Shown piece after piece: positions 40,740-52,099 of a DNA stretch of 64,000 bases. Made by a program: the position numbers and the translations under genes. The DNA lies in the NCBI GenBank assembly GCA_030704615.1, contig CM060731.1, positions 39,432,001 through 39,496,000 on the forward strand, given 5' to 3'. Within the stretch, counting starts at the first letter, position 1. Every line of letters starts with the position of its first letter. Source of the stretch: Takakia lepidozioides (lineage: Eukaryota; Plantae; Bryophyta). The notes under the pieces are model-generated. The model was given only the letters and a program-made list of their open reading frames with translations, had not been told where the DNA came from and ran no database searches.

Positions 40740-41773
40740 AAATTGCTTTGCTTTCAGTTTGAAGGATTTGGGGAGTTCAAAAGGTCAGGAGATTCGTATT
40801 GATTTGGCAAGTGACACGCCAATCTTTCGAAGGCCCTACCGGTATAGTGACATGGAGAGGTCATTGATCCAGTCACGGACTATGAAGTTGTTCAAAGCTG
40901 GATTGGTGGAGTTGTTAGGCGGGGAGTATGCCTCGACAATGGTGATGCCAGCTAAGAAAGATATCTATGGCAATTGGACAGAAAGAAGGATGTGTGGGGA
41001 CTATCGTCCTGTGAACCGTCAGACTAAGTCTGATAGATATGTCATGCCAACTCCAGAGGAGATCTTTGATGCCATTGGGCATGCAAAGGTGTTTAGCACA
41101 TTGGACTTGTGATCCGGTTACCACCAGTTGCCAATCAAAGAGGCTGACAAGCAAAAGACAGCATTCTGGGGGATTGACCAACATGGGAAGGATTATTTGT
41201 ACCAATGGCGGTTCTTACCGTTTGGGTTGAAGAATGCTCCTACAGAGTTTCAGAGGGTCATGGAAAGGATTCTCGCGGGGCTAGACTTCGCCCGGTGCTA
41301 TATTGATGGCATCATTGTCTTTAGTGCTACGGTTGAGGAGCATGAGAGACACCTTTCAGGTGGTGTTTGAGCGCTTGAGAGCGCACGGGTTGAAACTGCA
41401 CCCCGGAAAGTGCAAGTTCTTCCACAATCAGATTGAGTATCTGGGCCACATAATATACCCTGGAGGATTGGGTGTTCAACAGACAAAGGTGGAGGCCATT
41501 GCATGCATTCCACGCCCCATGGATGTGAACAAAGTTCGTGCTTTCATGGGATTGGCAAACTACTATCGACGGTTTGTTAAGGGATTTAGCAGCATTGCAA
41601 AGGCTCTTACCAAGTTGACCAAGGTGGGTCAGGAGTGGAAATGGGAGGAGGAGCAGGATGAAGCATTTGAGAAACTCAAGGCTCGATTGACTTCTGCACC
41701 TATTCTGAGGCGGCCTATTCAGGGGCGGTCTTTCCAGCTACATACGGATTGGAGTATGCTGGGGATTGGAGCT
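40740..41773 (+). pseudogene. pol: Ty3/gypsy reverse transcriptase and start of RNase H
   Basis: RPYRYS; RRMCGDYRPVN; LDL*SGYHQ; KTAFW; PFGLKNAP; YIDG (mutated YIDD); KCKFF..YLGH; FQLHTDWS. Confidence 0.95.
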
Positions 41774-41936
41774 AGTTTTGTTTTTAGGGTTTTGTTTTTT
41801 GGTGGGGTGGGGACATATGGCTTTACGTTTGTAGGGTTTTTTTTTTTCCAAGTTTTTCCAAGGGTTGGGAGTGTAACTCCTCCGGAGGTTACAGTGGGTC
41901 ACAATACGGTACTCTACCTCTCTCTCGTGCTAGGTC

Positions 41937-42921
41937 ATGCCGCGTGTTTATCGACGTGTCACGCTTGAGGATTCGTTGCTGGCTGTGCCACAACCACCCG
42001 TTGAGGGCGAGACAACACGTTCGCCCCGTCTACGAGTTAGGCGGCATCGCCATATCCGCACAACTTTGCCCCCACGGCCACCACCCCGAGGTCGTAGGCC
42101 GCCAAGTCCAAAGGCACGAGCCCCAGGGAGACCCCGCCGGGACCGACTCCCCAAGATTGAGTGTTGGTGCAGTTGGTGTTGGGCACGACTATCGGTTGGG
42201 AGGACCACACCGATGATGCGGCAATCCCATGTTGTGCAAAAACATTACGCCAAGTACGAGATTGCTGATGCAGCAAAGGTAAGTCGTCCATATATCTTCT
42301 CACGTACTCCTCAATTAAAAGTACTATATCTAATGAAACCTCGCGTTTGTGAATTGAGTATTGATGCATTTCATATCATGCATCTTGCAGCCCCGTCTTG
42401 ATGTCCAAGCTTGCAATTTTTTTGCTGAAGAGGCATACCGATGCGGGTTTCTTCCTTCTTACGAGCCCCACCCCGTTCCGGATGTGAACATTTTTTTCTC
42501 GCAACATGACGTAGATGCAGGTGAGGTACGATGCGATGCTATTTTTCTAGCATACGCACCACATCATCATTTCGCCATCATTGGTCCATTACCGAGGTCC
42601 CTCATACCGACCGACTACGTGTCCCTTCCCCTCCATTGCCGACCACAGCCGCCACCAAGTCCGAGTTCGACATCCTCGACATCGGTACCCCCATCATCAC
42701 CATCATCCGCATCGTCCATTTCTCCTATTGTACATGTTCTTTCCTCATCACCATCGCCATCCCGGCCATCTCGGCCAGTACTACCTCCAAGAAAGATCCC
42801 TCATACCAACCTACGTTTATCTTCCCCTCCATTGCCGAGACCACAGCCGCCACCGAGTTCCGTATCCGGGTCCTCCGGCAGAACCCAGATGGATCCCACC
42901 ACCTTTGGGGACTGTGTATGA
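41937..42921 (+). CDS. Spliced accessory ORF with a CxCxxC...H motif and Pro/Ser-rich segments
   Basis: Exon 41937-42278 (GTAAG donor) joins in frame to 42391 (TTGCAG acceptor); KIECWCSWC...KHY. Confidence 0.45.
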
Positions 42922-45449
42922 CTGGGACCGATGGATCACTAGGTTCCCACTCCGCCCTTCTCTCCCCTTCTCTCTCCCCTTCGCGAAGGCGCCTGATCGT
43001 CGCCGAGGTTTCCCGGTGGGGTCGCCATACTGGCGCGCCGCTGCTGCACCAACCGCCTCTCACTCCCCCTCTCAATCTCTCTATCTGATCTCTCTCTCCC
43101 TCACCCTCCTCTCTCACTCTTCCTCCCTCCCCTCCCTCCATCCCTACTTTGCTTTTCTTTGCTCTCGAGCTCTCCCGTGCGCAACTACCCCGCGCGCCGG
43201 AGCGTTTTCCGGCGGCGGTGACGCAACCTGACGCGCCACGGTGTTCAAACCTGCACGCGCCCTCTCTCTCACTCTCCCTCTCGCCCTAATCCCTCTCCCT
43301 CACTCTCTCTCTCCTCTTCTATGTCTTGTTGCTGTTTGAGCGAGCTGGGAGCACGCCCCCGTGACCTGTTGGTGGAGCGCCAGCCAAACCAGCGCCGGGG
43401 GAGGGACCGCCAGCGTGAAGGAGCTGCCGCGTGAGGAGCTGCCCTCCCTCTCCTTCTCTCTCTCTCATTCTCCCTCTTATCCCTCACTCTCCTCTCGCCC
43501 TTATCTCTCTCCCTCATTCTCTCCCCTCGCTCTCTCTCTCCTTCTTCTTCTCCCTTTTTTTTTGTTGTTTGAGCGAGGGAGTGTGCCCACGCGACCTGGT
43601 GGCGAGCGCCAGCGTGAAGGATCTGCTGCGTGAGGCGCCCAACTGCACAGGTAAGCAGCCATGCATTTTCTGATCTTCATAGTGAGAGATTTCAGTGAGA
43701 GTTTGGGTTCCACGGAGTAGACAGTGGAATCCCATGGATCTCATGGTATATAGGACAATAGAAGAAGTTGTTCTCAGTTTCAATTCATGGAGAGAGAGGG
43801 AGAGATTTCCCTCTTTTTTTTGGGGACCTGCACAAAGGAGAGGAGAGAGCGGACAGAAAACGAGGGAGAAGAGAGGGACAGGACAGACGGAGAGAGAGGA
43901 GGGAGAGGGATAGAGGGGCCAATAAATAAATAAAAAGTAGGGGGGGGGGGGGGGGGGTGACTGAGCAGCAGCAGCTGAGCACCTCTCTGGTTTTTTTCTT
44001 TTGTGAAGCAGCAGATGGACAGGGACATGGAGGAGAGAGACGGAGAAATGAGGGGGGAAAAAAAAAAAAAGGTGGGGGGGGGGGAGTGACTAAGCAGCTT
44101 CTGCTCAGATGCTGGTGCCACACTCAGTTTACATCGCCCCCCCCCCCCACACTCTTCTTTTTAGTTTAATTTTTTCTCCTTCCTCACTCCCTCTCTCCCC
44201 CTCTCTCCTCCCTCTTCTCCATCTTCCACATCCTCTCACTGGGACTCCCCCCCCCCCCCACAACCTTCTTTTTATTTTTTTTCCCTCCCACTCCTCTTCT
44301 CCCTCTCTCCCCCTCCTCCACATCTTCATGGACAGAGGGAGGGATGAGGGAAAAGAGAGAGAGAAGATATTTCATGTCATGTCAAGACATGGACAAGACC
44401 AACTAGGTCTCTGTCAATTAAAAACATAAACACCCATGACAGGGGCACCATCTAACATTTCCAGTCTTGTCATAACACACCAAGTGACGTCATGATAAAA
44501 CAGGGTGGGAGGGCGGGGATATGTTCATAATCAGATTCCTGTCATGTACCCAAGTGACCCTCTAGCACAATATGAGTCAGATTGCAGCCTCAGATTATAT
44601 CATCCATAGTTATCCATAAGATATGCACCATGCAAGATATCATGGGCATATAAGAACTTCTTGCACATTACAGATCCAGATATGTATACACAAAGTACCT
44701 GAGGTGATCCCAAGACAAGCATTATGCAAGGTAGGTAGAACAGTCTGCCCTACAACACATTCAGTGAGTGTTCACACCGGCAGCAGGAAGGGACCAGCCT
44801 GCAATTAATTACACTTCTTGCCTGCCACCCAAGTACACTTCTTGGGCATGGTAAGCCATATTGCCGCTGCTGCTCAGTCACTCCCCCCTCCACCTGTTTT
44901 TTGTTTGTTTTTTCCGTCATCACTCCTCTCCCCTCTCTCTCCACATCCTGATGGGAAGAGGGAGAGATGCGGGAAAAGAGGGAGAGAGAGGACAGAAGGA
45001 GAGAGGGACTAGAGAGGGGACTGTGAGGGGAAAAAAGAAAAACAAAAGGTGGGGCGGTGGGGAGTGACTGAGCAGCAGCAGCTGCTCAGTCACTTCCCCC
45101 CCCCCACCTTTCAATTTTTGTTTGTGGAATGGTGGGGGTGCTGAAAGCAGCTTGCTGCTGCTTAGCCCCCCCCCCCCCCCCCCCCCCCACGACCTTTCAT
45201 TTTTTGGTTTTGGCAATGGTGGGGGGCGCTGAGCGCTGCAGCAGCAAGTACTTGTTGCTGCTGCTCTCAGTCCCCCCCCCACCTTTTTCTTTTTCTTTTT
45301 CTTTTTGGAATGGTGGGGGGCTGACAGCAGCAGCAAATGCTGGTGCTCTCAGCACCTCCCCCCCTCTTTTCATTTTTTGCTTATCAAGAGAGAGAGAAAG
45401 GGGGAGACAAAGATATAGAGACATAAAGATAGAGGGATAAGCTGGTAGT

Positions 45450-47702
45450 ATGGCGAAGAACAAGGAGAAGGGGCCGCCGAAGGACAAGGAGAAGGCGCCG
45501 CCAAAGGACAAGGAGAAGGCGCCGCCGAAGGACCAGAAATCGTCTGCCGCTAAGGTAGGGAAGCTTGACAACGCTCCCGTCATTGACAATCGTGTGACAC
45601 GGTCCACTTGGTCCAAACTCGCCAGCCCTATAGGCGGCTATGTGAGAGGACCAAGCCATAAGGCCGTCGAGGCCTCCACGCCCTTGAAGGTTGAGGCTAG
45701 GGATGAGCCTCCACTTGAGGGTGGTGCACCCAATGTTCAGGCTGGGACGCCACCCACGGGCTGATGGAGGGCCCTGACTTTTACGCGGGGAAGCGCATTC
45801 TCAGATCTGCCGCCAGGTATGGGCAACTTGATCTTAGCCCCACCGCCAATGCCTTTTCCCCTTCTTCTGCAGCCAAGAGGGCTTATAAAGGGGGGGCTCA
45901 GAAGGGGGTGGGTTCCTCCTCACCTTGGGAGAAGAGGGAGGCTTCAAAGGAGGCCGCAATGAGGTGGAAGGAGGAGGAAAGGAAGAGGGAGGAAGACAAG
46001 AAGAGGGAAGAGGGAAATAAGGGGGCACGGGAAAGGGAGGGGGAAGAGGAGAGGGTGACACTGGCTATGGAGGGCCCCTTGCGAAGTCCGTCGCCTGAAC
46101 GGTCAATGAAGAAAACCCTGGACTTTGGGGCGCCGCCTGCGAGCCTATTGGGTGCATGGGATAGGCTTCCACCCTTATTCCGAGAGGACGTTATGGGGGG
46201 TGCACCACAAGCGGGGACCGAGGGCAACATTGAGGTCATGGACGCAAAGGTGAACCTCTTTCCTTCACCTTTTTTTCTTTCCTTTGCCTTTCATTTTGTT
46301 TCTGGTTTGTTTCTTATTTTGTAGGTTTTGTGTTCAGGAGCTTGGCGCATTCGTGGCTAAGCTTGTGGCAAGCAGTGGGATTGCCACCGACAAAGCAGGG
46401 ACAGTGGTGGTGCCTACCCAAAGGGATGGTAAGAGGAAGAGGAAAAGACGTCGTGTCCTCGAGGTTCCCCTAATCATCAAGGAGGGTAGGGAAGTAGTGG
46501 AGGGGAAGGGGAAAGGACAGGCCCAGGAGAGGGAGCGTAAGAGAAAGAGGCGTAAAAGGAGAGAGGTGCAGCGGGGGGAGGGGACTAGTGGGGGAACAAA
46601 AGACAAGGGGGAGCTAGTTCAGATGAGCGTGCAGCCGGTGGAGGGCACTAGTGGGGCAACAAAAGACAAGGGAGAGGTAGTTCAGAAGAGCGTGGACGAG
46701 GTAAAGACCTCGGGTCCCCGCAACCTTGATTTGCCAAAGATGAAGGTGCCCCCCTTAGATACCAATAAGGTCGGTGACCCCATTGGTGAGTATTGGGAGG
46801 CCATGAAAAAAGTAGCCTTCGACTTGGCGGCAAGGTGGTTCCCTTGGCATATTGATTGGCCACGCCAATCACATCGCCATAGGCGAGCATTTGTGCAAGC
46901 ACTTGAGGGCACATTTCCGGGTGAGTGGAATGAGGGGAAGCTCTTGGAGCTGGTGGGAAAGAACCTCAAGGACAAGAGGTACCGTGAGCGACAAACCATT
47001 CGCAAGGCACTCAAGGCGGGGGTCGAACCAACAACCATGCCACATGGAATAACCAAGGTAAGACGCACTTCAGTTGTCATTGGTGTCTTTGAATGCATGT
47101 TCATTGTGGTATGGAGTTCATTAACATTTATATTGTCTTTGTTGGGGCTGGACAGGAATCTTGGGAGGCTCTCATCGCAGGGGAGAGGGAAGAGCTGAAG
47201 GCGGAGATCTTCGCAAGGGGACGTGCGGCAACTGTAGCCCGCCTCAAGAAGTGTGCGGAATCAACAAGTGGGGCCCGGGCGGAAGCAAGAGTTTTGTCAC
47301 CCGATTCGTAAGTGTTCTTTCTCTTGTCATACCCATTCTTCTTTTTTAGCTTCTCCCTTCCATTATGAATTCTGACCTGTCATTGCATTTGTATGTCATG
47401 TGCAGAAAAAGAAGTTTGAGAGGCCTCCCTCCGCCATCGAGCACAACTTTTGCAAGACTCAGGGGTGGAAGGCCCTTGTAGCCTCAATGGCCAAGACGCC
47501 ACAATTGACGGAGGATAGTGCATCTGTAGGGGTGGGGATGGGTAGTTCAGTGGCTCGGCCGGATGGGGGAGAGCCAGTAGTAGGGGGTGGTTCGAAGGAT
47601 GATGTAATCTCGGACTCGGCCTCATCATCCTCCAAATTGGAGGCCCAGCGTAGCTTGCATTCCTCGGACGAGTACACCTATGACTCAGGTGATGAGGAGT
47701 GA
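45450..47702 (+). pseudogene. CACTA second ORF (TnpA-like); spliced and frameshifted
   Basis: PPKDKEK repeats, basic NLS-like runs, IDWPRQ..FPGEW..MPHGITK|ESW, and WGPGG..F|KKKFERPP. Introns 47058-47155 and 47308-47405. Confidence 0.6.
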
Positions 47703-49294
47703 GGGATGGTTCCCAGTTAGAGACATGTAAAGGTAGTACTCGCTTTATGTATATATTTCTTCAGTTACCATTTCGATCCTCATTCTAACCTTAATGGACA
47801 TGTGGATTCTAATCTAACCTATAGATTTAGAATGCATGCATTTCATGCAAGCACGAGGCACACCCCATCCCCCAAGAAAACCCCACCGCCCCCCCCCCCC
47901 ACCCCCAAAACGAAAAAAAAAACCCCAAAACCCCACCCCAAATACCAGCTGGCTACCCTCCCACCCAGCGACGCCGTTGCGATTCCCCGCCGTCGCAACA
48001 TGACCTGCCAACGTGGAGCTAGCGACGCCACGAAGGGGCTGCGTCGTTGTTGCGACTCCAGGGAGTCGCACATGAACGTGCCCTCCCATGGAGCTAGCGG
48101 CGGCCCCCGGGGGCTGCGACGTCCCTGCGATTCCCGGGCGTCGCTACAGAACCTCCTTACCCATGGGGGTCTAGCGACGCCCCCAAATGGTGGTGACGTC
48201 ATGGCGATTCTCGGGCGTCGCCAGGCTGCGACGTTTTGGCGACGCCACCGCGTGGCTTATTCTGGGAATGGGCGACGTCCTTGCGACGGCCCCATGACGT
48301 AGGGGAAGGGATGGACCCCCCTCCCTGCCCTTTGTTGTGACTCCTGGGAGTCGCCATATTGCGACGCCCCGGAGGGGCGGCGTCTTTTGGCCGTCGCTGG
48401 TCGTGGCTAGGTGGACCCGGGGGATTAGCGATTCCCTGAGGTCGCTAATCTGCGACGTTCCGGGAGCGACGTGGCGGCGACTTCCCGACGTCGCAATTTG
48501 TCCCTGGCGCGCCCCGGGCGCTGTAGTGTATTTTCATCGCTAGGCGCGGCGTTTGGAGGTCGCTGAGGCATCGCTAACCCCCCCCCAAACGCAGTAGTGG
48601 TAAAGCACCGGTCGAAAATTTTGTTTGTACTTTTAGGGCGCTTATTCATGTGAAAGGCACCTGCGGTCTTTGGTAGGCGCCTTACGTTTGTGTAGCGCCA
48701 TGTACAGCCTGGTGGGGGGTGGGGTTACACAAATATAAACCAAGCTACCGTACGTGCCTACGCTGTCCGATGAAAATTAAATGCAAAAACAGACTGCCGA
48801 ATTTTTTTGAAATGAAGCCCTCTCAAGAACGAATGTCAAAAATTCGACCCCCAGACCTGCCCTTGAGAATTTACTTGCAATATCGTTGCACTAGCCACAC
48901 ACATATGTGATGTAAGTGCTTTTTTTTATTATTATTTATCATGAAAAATTTTGGAACTTAAAAAATTAAAAAAAAAACCTGCCGGACCCCTTCTTTAAGA
49001 AAAATTAATTAGTCCGGCGGGGTCCTGACGAATAGCATAGGCAAGTACGGTATAAAGAAATGGCACGTGTCTAATTTTTCTCCTAGTGCTTCACGCACGG
49101 TAAGGCCCCTACCCAATGGCGTTTCACGATTTTCGGACTGCCAAGCTCGGGCTAACACCCTCAGCAACCAACCCTTAAATTATGGAACGCCCTTGGACAT
49201 GGGCCTTATCCTACACCTGACAGAGAGCTGACCTCACCATAGCTAGCAAGCACTACATTGGGCCTACATTGCTCCCTACGCGTCCCTTGATGTC

Positions 49295-50950
49295 TTTTTA
49301 TTTTATTTTATTTTTATTTTTTTGGTTAGTAGGGGGATTAGGCCCTGCTTAACTTTATTGTAATGTATTTGTGGGATAAAGACCTCACATATTATTTGGG
49401 ATTATTTTGGGGGAAATTTTTTAAAACCCCTTAGATGTCATAAGGCACACACACCGTAATCAGTGAAAAGAGAACTGTGGTTGGGAATTTAACTGGCGAA
49501 CATTGCAGCCTCAAATGCAATTAAGCAAGGGAGAGCATGGCACTGAATCAAAACAGTAAGTTATCATCAAACAGGGGTAGGAAAAGAGTTATAGAGACCA
49601 AGTTGCCTTTGAGGCCTTATCCGACCAAATGATTCCCTAGGGATCAGCCACGATCTATCCTTCCTGGCTCAAACTGTTCAGTGATAGTTGAGTCTCGAGG
49701 GTTTTGCCGAGGTCTTCAAGTGTTTCCAGTTGACCTCACAATCGAACTCCGGGGATATTGTGGAATGTTGAGCGCTTGTTTCTCCAGTGTAGGGGCGGAA
49801 GCTCTGACCATGTACATGAGTCCTCTGAAGTGGTGACACGGATGAGCCCGTGGTGAGCCCAGGTGTTCCTGAATTTCTCGTAGATGGCAGGAGCTCCTTG
49901 CGAATTGCGTTGCATATCTGCACAGAGTTTAACCCAGGCTTTGCGTGACTCGATGCTCAAATCATAGAAAACAAGGGCCAGTATGGTGGAGATTGAGGAG
50001 GTGGAGTTAGAGAATGATTTTGAGCATCTGACTTTCCAAAGATGCCACAAGACCGAGCCCCTAAGAGATTCAAACACAAGGCAGGAGATGGCTTTTTGCT
50101 TAGTGAGGGGGTCATAGTTTAGCAGCAGGTCTGTGACTGAGAGACACCTTGGGCTCCAGTAATGGTAAAAACCTTTGATGAAGGGTCAGATTTTCCTAGG
50201 GGCGAGGCAGGTAAGGAGCGCATGCTCTATAGATTCCAGAATACCTGTTGGACAACATTGGCAAAGGATGGCTGATTGGAATTGAAGCCATTCTCCGACC
50301 TTAAGCACTCTGTTGGCGATCTGCCAGAGAAGGGCCGCCACCTTGGCCGGGCGGGTCTTGATCCAAACCGAAGCCCAGATTATTGACCATTCTTCGTTTT
50401 GGAACCCATGGTGTTGCCATCTTGTATCCCATTTGGACTGCATGGGCTGGGCGTTCTGGATGGCTTGGTAGCCCTTCTTGGTTAAATAAGTGTAGAAGGG
50501 GTGAGGTCCTCTGGGGAAATTCCAAGACCATTCATCTAGGTCCAGGGGGAGTTCGGCCAATGGTCTCCCCAAGATCCAGAAGAATCTGTTGGTTTGCAGC
50601 CACACTGGCAGAGAGTCTATGGCTGTTGGAATCGGGTCGATCGCTTTGGAGGGTAAGGACCATCCATAGACCCTTATTTGAGTCAAGGGGATGAGTGGAA
50701 TTTCTAGATGTTGATCTGTGAGAAGCTGCAACGCCATAGTGGTCGGATTTAAGGAGGGGAATACCGCATGATGGAAATCCGTGGTTTCTTGCACAAAGAA
50801 GATCGTTAGAGCATTCTGGTGGATGGCCAAAGCCCAGAAATTGCGATATGGCTGATTTGGGCCCAGACTGGAGGTTGGCAAGCCACAATGGTGGGATTGA
50901 ACTCTTCATTTCATCATAACCTTTCGTGGCCCTGCTTTTCCCCACCATTG
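49295..50950 (-). mobile_element. L1-type LINE 3' part (related to 22730-23791) with an A-rich tail
   Basis: KVAALLWQIANRVLKVG..CQCC..ESIEHALLTC; LRGSVLWHLWKVRC. Confidence 0.85.
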
Positions 50951-50979
50951 TTGCTACTGAGTCAAGCGTTTTATAGTCA

Positions 50980-51850
50980 CACTAGAAGAAAAATGCGGAA
51001 TAACCACTCTGTTAACCACTCATTTTGAGTGGTAAAAGACACTAAACCACTTTGGCCCCAGAGTGATGAAGAACCAGTGGATTAGGACAAGTGAGTGGTA
51101 AAAGACATTACGTGGCATCAGTGAAGGACAGTGGTTCGAACCACTCACGTCCGGGTCCACCTGTTCGCTGACATGTCACAGTGGTAAATTAACCACTGTG
51201 ACGTGTAAACTCACCACTGAGGTAAACTAACTACTTCTGACGTGTCACAGTGGTAAACTAACGTGTCATAGTGGTAAAGTAACCACTTCCGTTTTCCAGT
51301 GGACACGTGGAAGTCCGTGGTCCATGGATGATATTGGAGATTATGTTGACACGTGACGACACTCTCAGCATGGACACGTGTCATGTGTCGGTGCTACGAA
51401 ATGGATGGAGTGAAAAATTCAATGACTCCGAAACCACTTGTTGAGTGATCGCGAAATGACCGACAGAGTCATTCTATGAAAACTGAGAATATACAATATC
51501 ACTCAAACCGTGGTTATATGAGTGGATGACATCTCTCAGCAGGTCATTGGAATGATTACCCACATAGTGGTATGTAAGCTGTTTGAATCATCCATGGTGT
51601 CTCTCTGAGTGGGAACTATGGATTGAAATGATTACTAACAAAGTGGTGTGTAAGTGATTAGGAATACCACTAGAGGAATTCATACCACTAATACAGTAAT
51701 ATATAGGTGATTACTTATACCACTACATGAGTGGTACCGGAGACAATTGTGTGTATTTGGCTACTCTTACAGTTTTAAATTATATCACTATTACAGTGGC
51801 GTGCAAGTGATTAGGAACATGACTAGAGGAACACATACCACTAGTGTAGT
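50980..51850 (+). mobile_element. Left end of a second CACTA family
   Basis: CACTAGAAGAAAAATG followed by dense ACCACT/AGTGGT subterminal repeats. Confidence 0.7.
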
Positions 51851-52099
51851 GAAAGAAGTACCATTGGGGATTCAAGATCCACAAAATAAAATAGAATCCC
51901 AGAGAGTAAGTGCTGGAACACAGTCAACAAAATCCAGCCATGATAAAAGTCTGAGCCTAACTTCTACACGGCGTCTCCACGTGCATGCTAGGAATACTGA
52001 ACTGCTGTCCTGCCTTTTCTCATTGCCAGCAATGTCTACGCCCGGGCGAACGAAATTGTAAGCCCTCTTCATGTTCTTCTCTGGGCAGGGCTGCCAGGC

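Larger units (their letters stand above)
33557..41773 (+). mobile_element. Ty3/gypsy-type retrotransposon, 5' part (A1, long leader, gag, PR, C5-MTase, RT, start of RNase H); the 3' part lies at 23792-24944 on the minus strand
   Basis: Domain order, shared A repeat, and the 4-bp TSD GCTT/ACTT in the L1 target. Confidence 0.92.
41774..48599 (+). mobile_element. CACTA/EnSpm transposon, arm 2
   Basis: Ends ...CCCCCCAAACGCAGTAGTG (reverse complement CACTAC), with GCGACG subterminal repeats at about 47960-48575. Confidence 0.88.

Noticed and set aside
23792-41773. DIRS/PAT/Ngaro tyrosine-recombinase element
   Set aside because: No YR motifs are visible, and the protease, gypsy RT, TG/CA ends and 4-bp TSD point to an integrase. 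The integrase core is deleted, so this is not fully excluded.
43000-45440. Many short ORFs in both directions
   Set aside because: They arise from low-complexity CT/GA and G/C homopolymer repeats inside the CACTA element.
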